This document shows, piece after piece, positions 12,876 through 21,499 of a stretch of DNA of 64,000 bases (positions are counted from its first letter, which is position 1; every line of letters starts with the position of its first letter). Source of the DNA: an uncultured Chlamydiae bacterium (GTDB taxonomy: Bacteria; Chlamydiota; Chlamydiia; Chlamydiales; SM23-39). Under the pieces are notes generated by a model that saw only the letters and a list, made by a program, of their open reading frames with translations, had not been told where the DNA came from and searched no databases. Made by a program: the position numbers and the translations under genes. The stretch lies in the NCBI GenBank assembly GCA_963730605.1, contig CAVSSM010000002.1, positions 384,001 to 448,000 of the forward strand, read 5' to 3'.

Positions 12876-13904
12876 ATGCAAAACACTGCAATCGTCGGAG
12901 CAACTGGAGCGGTCGGACAAGAGATCCTCCGCCTTTTGGGAGTGCGTGCATTTCCGGTAAACCGCCTCCGGTGTTTTGCCTCATCTCGTTCCGTGGGAAA
13001 AAAGATCCGTTTCAAATCCGATGAGATCATTCTTGAAGCTTTGGATGAACATTCTCTAAAAGAGAGGGATCTTGCGTTTTTTGCCGCAGGAGGAACGGTA
13101 TCCAAGGAATGGATCCCGCGAATAAAATGTATGGTCGTCGATTCAAGCAGCGCATTTCGGGAATCGGCGCCTCTCATCATTCCTGAAATCAATGCCCACG
13201 CTCTAAAAACGCATCGAGGAGTCGTCGCATCTCCCAATTGCGCAGCGACGATTTTGTTGATGCCCCTTTTTCCACTACACTGTCAATACAAGGTCAAGCG
13301 CATCATCGCTTCCACTTACCAAGCAGCGAGCGGCGGCGGGGCTTTTTTACTCCAAGAGCTGAAACGGGAAACGGCCGCTTTTCTCGAAAACCGCCCCTAT
13401 TCCAACACTCTCCCCTTTCCCTACGCGTTCAATCTTTATCCTCATAATTCGTCCCTTCATCCGTCCGGCTACGTCGAAGAAGAGCGGAAAATCCTCTTTG
13501 AGACGCGCAAAATCCTCGAAGATCCTACGATTCAGGTGAGCGCGACCTGCGTGCGCGTTCCCGTGCTGAGAGCCCATTCGATCTCAGCCAACGTTGAATT
13601 TCACCGCCCTTTTTCCCTCGATGCCATTTATGCGGCATGGTCGCGCACTCCCGGATTGAAAATCTTCGAAGACAGATCCAACAACCGTTTTCCGACCCCT
13701 TTCGACGCTACGGGAAAAGACGACGTTTTCTGCGGGCGGCTCCGCATTGATCCGAGCCAGCCCAATACGCTCGAATTTTGGGCCGTCGGAGACCAGCTTC
13801 TGAAAGGCGCTGCCCTCAACGCCGTGCAAATCGCAGAGCTTCTTGTTCAATCAAAGGGCGCGGGCGTCTCGAACGTCAGCAGCTCTTTTGTCACAGGATG
13901 TTGA
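12876..13904 (+). CDS. asd: Aspartate-semialdehyde dehydrogenase
   Basis: GATGAVG, SPNC, TYQAASG and DQLLKGAALNAVQ; true start MQNTA (ORF-track extension is tnpB). Confidence 0.93.
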   Translation: MQNTAIVGATGAVGQEILRLLGVRAFPVNRLRCFASSRSVGKKIRFKSDEIILEALDEHSLKERDLAFFAAGGTVSKEWIPRIKCMVVDSSSAFRESAPLIIPEINAHALKTHRGVVASPNCAATILLMPLFPLHCQYKVKRIIASTYQAASGGGAFLLQELKRETAAFLENRPYSNTLPFPYAFNLYPHNSSLHPSGYVEEERKILFETRKILEDPTIQVSATCVRVPVLRAHSISANVEFHRPFSLDAIYAAWSRTPGLKIFEDRSNNRFPTPFDATGKDDVFCGRLRIDPSQPNTLEFWAVGDQLLKGAALNAVQIAELLVQSKGAGVSNVSSSFVTGC

Positions 13905-14497
13905 AAGGCCAGTTTTTGTCCGTGGAGTCGGATGGAGGCGCCGTCTCCACTTTGACTGCCGTAGCGTTTGTCGCCCACAATCGGGTGGCCGATGGCGGAA
14001 AATTGCGCCCGGATCTGATGATAGCGCCCCGTTTCTAATTCGATTTCGATGACTGTCGAATGGATCTTGTGTTTGAGCGTCTTGTAATAGAGGCGGGCGT
14101 GTTTGGCTCCCTCGTCGTCTTTTTTTGCAAGCAGGGCCTGATGGTCCCCGTGGATCAGGTAATGGTCGAGCCGCCCCTCCTTTTTTGCAAGGACCCCTTC
14201 CACTTCCGCGAGATAAATTCTTTGGATCTCCTGCAGCCTCGATTGCTCATTTAATCGGCTTAAAGCTTTGCTCGTGCGGGCGAAAAGGACAAGGCCGCTC
14301 ACAGCGCGGTCGAGACGGTGGATGGCGTGGAGGAACACATTGCCTTTTTTGTGGTACTCCCGTTTCACCCAAAGCTTCAGATGAGCTTCAAGGCTAGGAG
14401 ATGTCTCATCCGGCTGGGTCAGCATGCCGCAAGGCTTTGCCGCCACAGCGATATGATTATCGGCGTATAGAACTTCGGCGCTGTCTAACGACTTCAT
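13847..14497 (-). CDS. RluA-family pseudouridine synthase
   Basis: HRLDRAVSG, TGRYHQIR and GD.RYG motifs. Confidence 0.9.
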   Translation of the reverse strand: MKSLDSAEVLYADNHIAVAAKPCGMLTQPDETSPSLEAHLKLWVKREYHKKGNVFLHAIHRLDRAVSGLVLFARTSKALSRLNEQSRLQEIQRIYLAEVEGVLAKKEGRLDHYLIHGDHQALLAKKDDEGAKHARLYYKTLKHKIHSTVIEIELETGRYHQIRAQFSAIGHPIVGDKRYGSQSGDGASIRLHGQKLAFQHPVTKELLTFETPAPFD

Positions 14498-15257
14498 AAA
14501 GGAGCAGAGTGGTGGCCGATGCGACGTTGAGCGAATCGGCGGTTCCGAACATGGGAATCCGCACCGAGATATCGGCCTCTTTCATCCACATTTCCGAGAG
14601 TCCATATTGCTCCGTTCCCATCGCGATCGCAAGAGGAACTTTAAAATCCGCGCTCGTAAACTCGAGCTCCGCATGGGGAGTTGCCGCGGCAATCGCTATG
14701 CCCCGCTCTTTCAGGAAGCGGATCGTCTCCTCGCTTCCCGCCTCACAGACCGCTTGAGTAAAAAGAGTGCCCACGCTGGAGCGGACGACATTCGGGTTAT
14801 GGATGTCGGTGGTCCGGTCGCAAACGATCACGGCGTCGACGCCGGCCGCATCAGAGGAACGGAGGATGCTGCCGAGATTGCCCGGCTTTTCGATGCTCTC
14901 GGCGATGAGAAAAAAGGGACATGCGGAAAGGGACAAATCGGTCAGTTTTCGATGCATCTGCTTCGCAATAGCGAGCAGGCCGTCAGGGCGGTCCCGGTAC
15001 GATAGTTTGTTGAATACCGCGAGGCTGCACGCAAACGCGCTGCAGTGGGCATCCGCAATGAGGGCCTCTTCGTTTACACTTAAGAAAAATTCCGGACAAT
15101 AAAAAATGGTCTCGACTTGAACTCCCGCATCCACAGCCCGCTTCAACTCGCGATACCCTTCGATCAGAAACTGGTCCGCTTCATCTCGATCGCGTCGATC
15201 GCGAAGCCGCACAGCAACTTTCACTTTCGGATTTTGCAGGCTGGTAATTTCTGTCAT
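14457..15257 (-). CDS. TrmH/SpoU-family RNA methyltransferase
   Basis: EKPGNLG, GTEQYG and SLNVASA SPOUT motifs. Confidence 0.92.
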   Translation of the reverse strand: MTEITSLQNPKVKVAVRLRDRRDRDEADQFLIEGYRELKRAVDAGVQVETIFYCPEFFLSVNEEALIADAHCSAFACSLAVFNKLSYRDRPDGLLAIAKQMHRKLTDLSLSACPFFLIAESIEKPGNLGSILRSSDAAGVDAVIVCDRTTDIHNPNVVRSSVGTLFTQAVCEAGSEETIRFLKERGIAIAAATPHAELEFTSADFKVPLAIAMGTEQYGLSEMWMKEADISVRIPMFGTADSLNVASATTLLLYEVVRQRRSSIRR

Positions 15258-15273
15258 GAGCCTATCCGCAAGG

Positions 15274-16394
15274 TATACCCAAGGAAATTCAAAACTTGGC
15301 AGCAGGTGCCTGAAAGGGACTAAATTTATCCCTAACCCGGCTTCTTAAATCCCGGCCTAAAGTTGACTCCGCGGTCATAGTCGCCAATACAGCGAAAAAA
15401 CCAAGAATCGCTCCTCTAAAGTCTTCAAAGTACTCGTAATAAGTATTGTAAACTACCCGCTCCTTCATCCATTTCCACAGTCGTTCTATCGGGTTTAGAT
15501 TGGGGCTATAGGGCGGTAAAAAGTGCAAACAAACTTTTGCCGTTTCTAGGTACTGCCTCACAGCCCTATTCCGATAGTACGGTGCATTATCGCAAAATAC
15601 ATGGATCTTTCGTTTACTCGGGTAAAATTCTTCGATCTTTTGGAAAAACCGGATTATCGATTCTGCGTTTAAAGTCTCGTCTTCTTGGATTACCACACTG
15701 TGGGTGATGACATCGATGCTCCCTGAAAGATTGAGCCTGGCACGTCCTGTGTTTGCTGGGATCTCTTTACGCACGCCTTTTTTGATCCACCCATAAGCAG
15801 GCTGCACATTGTGCGTTGGATGAACGCCGTCAATAAAGCAGATAGTCTCATCCTCGAGGAGTTCTGCCTTGAGTTTCTCGTATCCGGCGAGCCACTTTTG
15901 TTGCTGCTCTTTGTTGGCTTTCCCGGGTACAACGGCGGGTTTTTTGTAGGAAAATCCGTGTCTTCGCAGCCAATCCCTCAATCCGTGGACGGTATAGACA
16001 ATACCGAAAGTCACTTCTACATATGCGACGATATCCTTGACGTAAAGGTACGTGTGTTCTTGAAGATGAGCCTCAAGTTGCTCGGACTGCGTTTGGGATA
16101 GTTTCTCCTCGGAGCCGCCGCTTTCGGGGCGCAATTTTTTCGACGTTTTGTATGCGTCAACATGGTGACGAACTGCTTCGTCAGAAATCAACAGAACCCT
16201 GGCAATGTCTTTGGGAGCCCACCCCTCATCATAGAGGAGAACAGCCTTTATTCGATCACGCACCCGCCCATCGCGGTCCCCCCGGTGCCGGAGTTTGAGT
16301 TCCTGTCGTTCTGAGTCGGTTAAAAAATTCACGCAGCCATTGTGCAGTCAAGGGAAATTTTCACGCATCAAAATTTTGAATCACGAGCGGTATA
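15274..16394 (-). mobile_element. IS630-family element, copy 1 (1121 bp including TA duplications)
   Basis: Near-identical to 41313-42433; TATACC ends. Confidence 0.95.
15289..16332 (-). CDS. IS630 transposase
   Basis: DNAPYY and LPPYSPNLNPIERLW motifs. Confidence 0.95.
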   Translation of the reverse strand: MNFLTDSERQELKLRHRGDRDGRVRDRIKAVLLYDEGWAPKDIARVLLISDEAVRHHVDAYKTSKKLRPESGGSEEKLSQTQSEQLEAHLQEHTYLYVKDIVAYVEVTFGIVYTVHGLRDWLRRHGFSYKKPAVVPGKANKEQQQKWLAGYEKLKAELLEDETICFIDGVHPTHNVQPAYGWIKKGVRKEIPANTGRARLNLSGSIDVITHSVVIQEDETLNAESIIRFFQKIEEFYPSKRKIHVFCDNAPYYRNRAVRQYLETAKVCLHFLPPYSPNLNPIERLWKWMKERVVYNTYYEYFEDFRGAILGFFAVLATMTAESTLGRDLRSRVRDKFSPFQAPAAKF

Positions 16395-16533
16395 GAGTGA
16401 AAAAGATACGCAGAGATTTTGAGATGATTTTTGCGATTGGAGCCGAAGGCAAGGCTAGAAGCCTTGCCGAGGAGAAAGCGCAAAAAGCGCTCAAAAGATC
16501 CCGTAGATTTTTTATTCCACTTTGCGGATAGGC

Positions 16534-17337
16534 TCATAAAGAGATTCTCGCTACGCATCCGCTCGGAATGGAATAGGTTTCTTCAGATTCGAGCAGCATT
16601 TCATAAGCGTCGATTGGCGCATTGAAAAACTGGCCGAAAAGTTGTTTTAAGACGACCGGAGTAAATCCCGGGGTATGACAGGAAAAAATCAAAAACCGAG
16701 GGCTTCCCGAAAGCACTTCCCTACAGAGTTCGATGAGAGGCTGAATGTCTCTTTCGATTTTAAAAACTTCCCCCTTGCTTCCCCTTCCGAAAGTGGGAGG
16801 GTCGAGAAGAATGCCATCATAGCGGCTTTTTCTTTTGGCCTCTCTTTTCAAGAATTTGATCGCATCGTCGACGATCCAACGGACCGGGGCGGAAGTCAGA
16901 TCGTTCAGAGCGGCATTCTCGCGGGCCCAATCGACCATTCCCTTGGAAGCGTCGAGATGGCAGACGGATGCCCCTTTTTGGAGAGCGGATAGCGTCGCCC
17001 CTCCCGAATAAGCGAAGAGATTGAGCACTTTCATGCCAGGGCTTAAACGCTCTTGCATCCAACCCCAAACGCTAGCGTGTTCTGGAAAAACCCCGATGTG
17101 GCCAAAATCCGTTGGCGCGATTTTCATCTTCACCCCTTCGATTCGTATTTCCCAAGAGGCAGGGATCTTGCGATGAAAGGTCCACTTCGATCCTTCTATT
17201 CGGTTAAAGGTCGCATGAGCCTCAGCCTTTCCTTGCGGCCTCCACACTGCTTGCGGACAAGGGCGGTCCAAGATAAAATCCCCGAACCTCTCCCACTTGC
17301 GGCCATTGCCGCTGTCAAGAAGCTGATAATCCATCAT
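16534..17337 (-). CDS. Class I SAM-dependent methyltransferase (RlmI/RlmK-like)
   Basis: LNLFAYSG and LDPPTFGRG motifs. Confidence 0.85.
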   Translation of the reverse strand: MMDYQLLDSGNGRKWERFGDFILDRPCPQAVWRPQGKAEAHATFNRIEGSKWTFHRKIPASWEIRIEGVKMKIAPTDFGHIGVFPEHASVWGWMQERLSPGMKVLNLFAYSGGATLSALQKGASVCHLDASKGMVDWARENAALNDLTSAPVRWIVDDAIKFLKREAKRKSRYDGILLDPPTFGRGSKGEVFKIERDIQPLIELCREVLSGSPRFLIFSCHTPGFTPVVLKQLFGQFFNAPIDAYEMLLESEETYSIPSGCVARISL

Positions 17338-18440
17338 GAAAAAGTCGCTGAGTTGTGAACAATGCGGCGCCATAAGGCCCCCAAAGCTGTCTGGACGGAG
17401 AACTCGATGCCGGCTCTTCGGTCCTGAGGGGCGCTCAAACGGCCGACATCGATCTCTTTTCCTCTTTCCGCTACCGCGATATAGACCGTTCCCACGGGTT
17501 TATGAACGCTGCCGCCTTTCGGCCCCAATGTTCCAGAAACGCTGATGGCAAAATCGCACTCAGTCTCTTCGAAAAGACCTTGGATCATCTCTTCGACCGT
17601 TTCTCTACTCACCGCGCCCTTACGCGATAAGGTGTCGTGGCGCACGCCCAAAAACCGCTCTTTCCATCGATTGGAATAAGCGACGATCGATCCGGCAAAG
17701 AAAAACGAGGCGTCGGGAATGGCAGAGAGCCTTGCTGCAAGCGCGCCGCCGGTGCATGATTCGGCGAGGCTTAACGTTTTCTTCCTTGCAATCATTTCAC
17801 GGTGGACCGCAACTTCGAGCGTCCCTTCCCCTACATAAAAAGTGGGAAACTGCTCTTGCACTCTACGGATCAAGCCGTCTACCGGATGGGGGCTCCGAAA
17901 TACGACTTGGAGCGATCCGTAGGAGGGATAAATGCCGATTTCTAAACCCGGCGCCTGCAGCTTCCTAAGAAAAGGATCGACTTCCAATTCGCGGAGTAGC
18001 GCGAGCGTGCAGCAGCGGAGATAATAACGTTTATCCAAAGGATAGCGCTCTTCCAAAAGAGGGAGCGCCTCTTCTAAAAACATCCGCTCCATTTCTCTCG
18101 GGACGCCCGGCAAAAGAACTAGGTTGCCTCCAAAAACGCCCATCGCCGTCCCGAGGAGGTTTTTCAGTTCCAGAGGCTTTTCAGTAAAAAGAGGCAATAC
18201 GGCTTGCCGCGTCAAATCATCCAGAGTCGGGCCGAGCCCGCCCGTCGCTACGACAAAAGCGGAGCGGCGCATCGCTTCTTGCACGCATGCGCGAATCGCT
18301 TCGATCTCATCGGGCAAAATAGTATGGCGGCGGACTGAGTAGCCCCGATCGGTCAATGCGCGGCTTAAAAACGCGGCGTTGCTATTGACCGTTTGGCCTC
18401 TCAAGACCTCATCGCCGATGGAAAGAATCTCAACATCCAT
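17334..18440 (-). CDS. cinA: CinA / nicotinamide-nucleotide amidohydrolase
   Basis: GGLGPTLDD, PGVPREM and AESCTGG motifs. Confidence 0.92.
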   Translation of the reverse strand: MDVEILSIGDEVLRGQTVNSNAAFLSRALTDRGYSVRRHTILPDEIEAIRACVQEAMRRSAFVVATGGLGPTLDDLTRQAVLPLFTEKPLELKNLLGTAMGVFGGNLVLLPGVPREMERMFLEEALPLLEERYPLDKRYYLRCCTLALLRELEVDPFLRKLQAPGLEIGIYPSYGSLQVVFRSPHPVDGLIRRVQEQFPTFYVGEGTLEVAVHREMIARKKTLSLAESCTGGALAARLSAIPDASFFFAGSIVAYSNRWKERFLGVRHDTLSRKGAVSRETVEEMIQGLFEETECDFAISVSGTLGPKGGSVHKPVGTVYIAVAERGKEIDVGRLSAPQDRRAGIEFSVQTALGALWRRIVHNSATFS

Positions 18441-18763
18441 GAGCCTATCTCACGATTCTAAAATAGCGATTTTTGATGAATTTTTTCGCATGTTTTATAC
18501 CGAAACAACCTGAAGAATCGGGAATTTGACAAGGAGGCTCCTCAGAATTTGTGTTCGGAGCAAGCGACCATTGCGCGTGCGCAAGGCGCGAGTGAGAACA
18601 AAAATTCTGAGGTAAAGCCGACGCAGTCAAAAACCGATTCTTCAGGTTGTTTCGATATAGCCTCACTTCGCAGGCTATACTTGAGAATGTAGGCCAAGAA
18701 GCGAGGCTAAAAGATTCGGAAAAAGGCGCGAAAAGCGCTGCTTTAGAATAGTGAGATAGGCTC
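18441..18763. mobile_element. Palindromic MITE E6 (~161 bp) containing nested E3
   Basis: TIR GAGCCTATCTCAC.ATTCTAAA / TTTAGAAT.GTGAGATAGGCTC; same 9-bp ends as E5. Confidence 0.82.
18496..18659. mobile_element. ERIC/RPE-like MITE E3 (164 bp)
   Basis: TIR TATACCGAAACAACCTGAAGAATCGG / CCGATTCTTCAGGTTGTTTCGATATA; TA ends. Confidence 0.85.
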
Positions 18764-19433
18764 ATAAGATGGATATTCCTTGGCTCATCAGTTGGGGATG
18801 GCGGCCAATCCAGGAAAAGCATCCCTTTCCCAGCCGGATTGGACTGTTGATCCGCTCTCCTTCCACGATAAAGGGTGTGGCCCTCGACTCCTGCCTCACC
18901 CAAAGCCGCACCTCTTCGAACAGCTTGCCCCGCTCGACCTCTCGCAGTTCCATCGTCTTAGCATCCTGATAGAGGCTTGGAAAGGAAAATTGGATCCCCC
19001 AAAATACGCTTTGCAGCCCCATTGACATAGGGCGGAAGACACCATCCATTTTTGAGTAAGAAAAAGAGTGCGCCTGCGCCAGCAAGACCGGCTTTGCCAT
19101 CTTCATCAGATACCCTTTGTCCGGCACCTCTTGCAGCCACAAAGAGTCAAGATCGTCTGTCATGGCCGCGGCGAGAATTTTCTTCAGCGCAAAATCTTCC
19201 GGAACGCGCCCTTCTTTTAACCCCGCGATCCAAGAACCATATTCGGCAAGGAAACTTTCCTCGGAAAGAGGATGCCCATTGACGATGCCAGTCAGAGGGA
19301 AAATGTAAAACGGCCTCAAGCGCAAAAAGAGCCGCTCGAGCTCAGCTTGTTCGCAAAGAACTTGGAATTTCAACCATTTGGAGCCTTGGTATTCACCCTC
19401 TTTCTCAGGGATGGAGATGCGGAGAAGTCTCAT
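18762..19433 (-). CDS. Hypothetical protein
   Basis: ORF coupled to lspA by an ATGA overlap; start set at MRLLR. Confidence 0.75.
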   Translation of the reverse strand: MRLLRISIPEKEGEYQGSKWLKFQVLCEQAELERLFLRLRPFYIFPLTGIVNGHPLSEESFLAEYGSWIAGLKEGRVPEDFALKKILAAAMTDDLDSLWLQEVPDKGYLMKMAKPVLLAQAHSFSYSKMDGVFRPMSMGLQSVFWGIQFSFPSLYQDAKTMELREVERGKLFEEVRLWVRQESRATPFIVEGERINSPIRLGKGCFSWIGRHPQLMSQGISIL

Positions 19434-19915
19434 ACAGGTTGAGGCGTCTTCTTGAAGGATTCTGCAATGAGGAGAAAAAAGACGCCGATCGTAATATAGG
19501 AATCGGCGAAATTGAATACGGGAAAAGAGCGGCCCCAAAAAGTAAAATGGAAGAAATCGATCACATGGCCATAAAGGACGAAGTCAAGGGCATTGCCGAT
19601 TGCGCCTGTGACGACGAGCCAAAGAGGGAATGCTCCGCGCGCGCTCTTGTTAAAAAGGATCAGATACACCAAAAGACCTAAGATGATCGCCGCCCTGAGA
19701 GCAAAAAGTAGGCTGGGATGGCCCGGGAAAAGTCCGTAAGCTGCACCCGTATTCACAACGTAATTGAGAGAAAAACTGATCCCAAGAAAATCGGAAAAAA
19801 TTCCGAGCCCGCCGAAAGGATAGCCGCCTTTTGTCATCGGAGGAATCCAGGCGATCGCCCCCATCTTCGACGCAATGTCTAAGAGGAAAAGCAAGAAGAG
19901 GACCTGATATCTCAC
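19430..19915 (-). CDS. lspA: Lipoprotein signal peptidase II
   Basis: NTGAAYG, GAIGNALD and FNFADSYI motifs. Confidence 0.93.
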   Translation of the reverse strand: MRYQVLFLLFLLDIASKMGAIAWIPPMTKGGYPFGGLGIFSDFLGISFSLNYVVNTGAAYGLFPGHPSLLFALRAAIILGLLVYLILFNKSARGAFPLWLVVTGAIGNALDFVLYGHVIDFFHFTFWGRSFPVFNFADSYITIGVFFLLIAESFKKTPQPV

Positions 19916-20277
19916 AGGAGACCCTTTTCAAATTTTTCTTGGGCTTTTACAGTCATCGTCGCATAAGGGATCGCTTCGAGGCGCTTGACCGGGATCTCTT
20001 CTTCAGTGATATCGCAGACGCCATAACTTCCCTCTTCGATCTTTTGGAGGGCGCGGTCGATTTGGCGGAGGAGCCCGAATTCTTTGTTAGCGACTTCGAG
20101 ATTGATTTGTTTGACAAAGTCGTCCGTCCCCTCGTCGGCTGAATGCTGGGAATAGCCCTTCGCTTCATCGGGAGTCGTCGCCTCTTTTTTCGATCCTTCA
20201 ATGGTCTGCATGACCTGAGCGCGCAATTCTAAAAGTCTTTTCTTGAAATGATCGATTTCACTTTTTTTCAACGGCAT
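19912..20277 (-). CDS. dksA: DksA/TraR-family regulator
   Basis: HSADEGTD coiled-coil tip; RLEAIPYA (single-Cys chlamydial type). Confidence 0.9.
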   Translation of the reverse strand: MPLKKSEIDHFKKRLLELRAQVMQTIEGSKKEATTPDEAKGYSQHSADEGTDDFVKQINLEVANKEFGLLRQIDRALQKIEEGSYGVCDITEEEIPVKRLEAIPYATMTVKAQEKFEKGLL

Positions 20278-20740
20278 TGGCATCCTCGTTTTGTTGCGGA
20301 GCAATCATCCGGATCGCCTCCAGGAGTTCTCGGATGTCCTTGAATCGCTTATAAACGCAAGCGAAACGGATATAGGCGACCACGTCGGTTTCTTTCAGGT
20401 GCTGCATCACAATCTCCCCAAGCTCGCGGCTCGCGATCTCCCGTACTCCGCGGGCCATCAGATCGGACTTGATCTTATAGGCCAAGGCGCGAACTTGATC
20501 GTGGCTAATGAGCGTGTGCCGGCAAGCGGCATCCATCCCAGAAATCAGCTTCTCCTGTTGGAAATCCTCGTAAGTCCCATCCCTTTTCTTCACTTGGAGG
20601 CTCAAATCGACAGTCTCGAAGGTCGTGAACCTCCGCATACACTGGCAACATTCCCTCCGGCGGCGGATTGCATTGATCTCGATAGCATCGCGCGAGTCGG
20701 TGACCTTCGACTCCTCATGATTGCAAAAAGGACATCTCAT
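20258..20740 (-). CDS. nrdR: Transcriptional repressor NrdR
   Basis: CPFC, RRRRECxxC and AYIRFACVY motifs. Confidence 0.96.
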   Translation of the reverse strand: MRCPFCNHEESKVTDSRDAIEINAIRRRRECCQCMRRFTTFETVDLSLQVKKRDGTYEDFQQEKLISGMDAACRHTLISHDQVRALAYKIKSDLMARGVREIASRELGEIVMQHLKETDVVAYIRFACVYKRFKDIRELLEAIRMIAPQQNEDANAVEKK

Positions 20741-20793
20741 ATCTTTCGAAGACCTGTTTGACAGGTCTCCATTTTTTTGAAAAGAATTCGTTA

Positions 20794-21219
20794 CGGAGAG
20801 GGTGGGATCCCCTCACGCGGGCCTTCGGCCCGTCTCCCGGGGCGGCGATTCGCGGACGCAGCCGCTCATTCGAATCCTACCCCGCAACACGCGCAGGCGT
20901 GTTGCTTCTTCCGCTTTTTGCGGCAAAAATCGGAGAGGGTGGGATCCCCTCACGCGGGCCTTCGGCCCGTCTCCCGGGGCGGCGATTCGCGGACGCAGCC
21001 GCTCATTCGAATCCTACCCCGCAACACGCGCAGGCGTGTTGCTTCTTCCGCTTTTTGCGGCAAAAATCGGAGAGGGTGGGATCCCCTCACGCGGGCCTTC
21101 GGCCCGTCTCCCGGGGCGGCGATTCGCGGACGCAGCCGCTCATTCGAATCCTACCCCGCAACACGCGCAGGCGTGTTGCTTCTTCCGCTTTTTGCGGCAA
21201 AAATCGGAGAGGGTGGGAT
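20794..21219 (-). repeat. Three tandem 137-bp tRNA-linked repeats
   Basis: Units start at 20794, 20931 and 21068; each carries the 15-nt tRNA-Ser 3' end also found at 21205. Confidence 0.95.
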
Positions 21220-21291
21220 TCGAACCCACGATACGTTTTCACGTATACACGCTTTCCAAGCGTGCTCCTTAAGCCACTCGGACACCTCTCC
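21205..21291 (-). tRNA. tRNA-Ser(GGA)
   Basis: GGAGAGGTGTCCGAGTGG...CACGC-TT-GGA-AA-GCGTG, long variable arm, GGTTCGAATCC; CCA not encoded. Confidence 0.96.
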
Positions 21292-21499
21292 ACATACTTT
21301 CCAACCTAGCGAAAAGGCAAGAGAATATCCAAACCGAGCAAAACCCACAAGATGGAATGGCGATTAAAAAATTTTTAGGATACCCAGACCTTGAAGTCCG
21401 AGTCTATTTCAAAAAAATATTATAATTTATTTTTAGTTTTAGTTTTATTTAAACCACAAACATGTTAAAATACTAGAAATCAAAAAAAATGGAGGCATT

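Larger units (their letters stand above)
15258..16535. mobile_element. Palindromic MITE E5 (~159 bp) split by an IS630 insertion
   Basis: TIR GAGCCTATCCGCAA / TTGCGGATAGGCTC; the two halves flank the IS630. Confidence 0.8.

Noticed and set aside
12552..13904. TnpB-Asd fusion protein (450-aa ORF)
   Set aside because: Produced by a frameshift in the tnpB 3' end; asd has its own ATG at 12876 after the IS right end
19912..20277. DksA lacking the four-Cys zinc finger as a novelty
   Set aside because: Matches the known chlamydial form
20794..21219. CRISPR array
   Set aside because: Units are identical end to end with no unique spacers, and there are no cas genes in the window
20758..21367. Three overlapping + strand ORFs of 156-196 aa
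   Set aside because: By-product of a GC-rich, stop-free 137-bp repeat antisense to the tRNA
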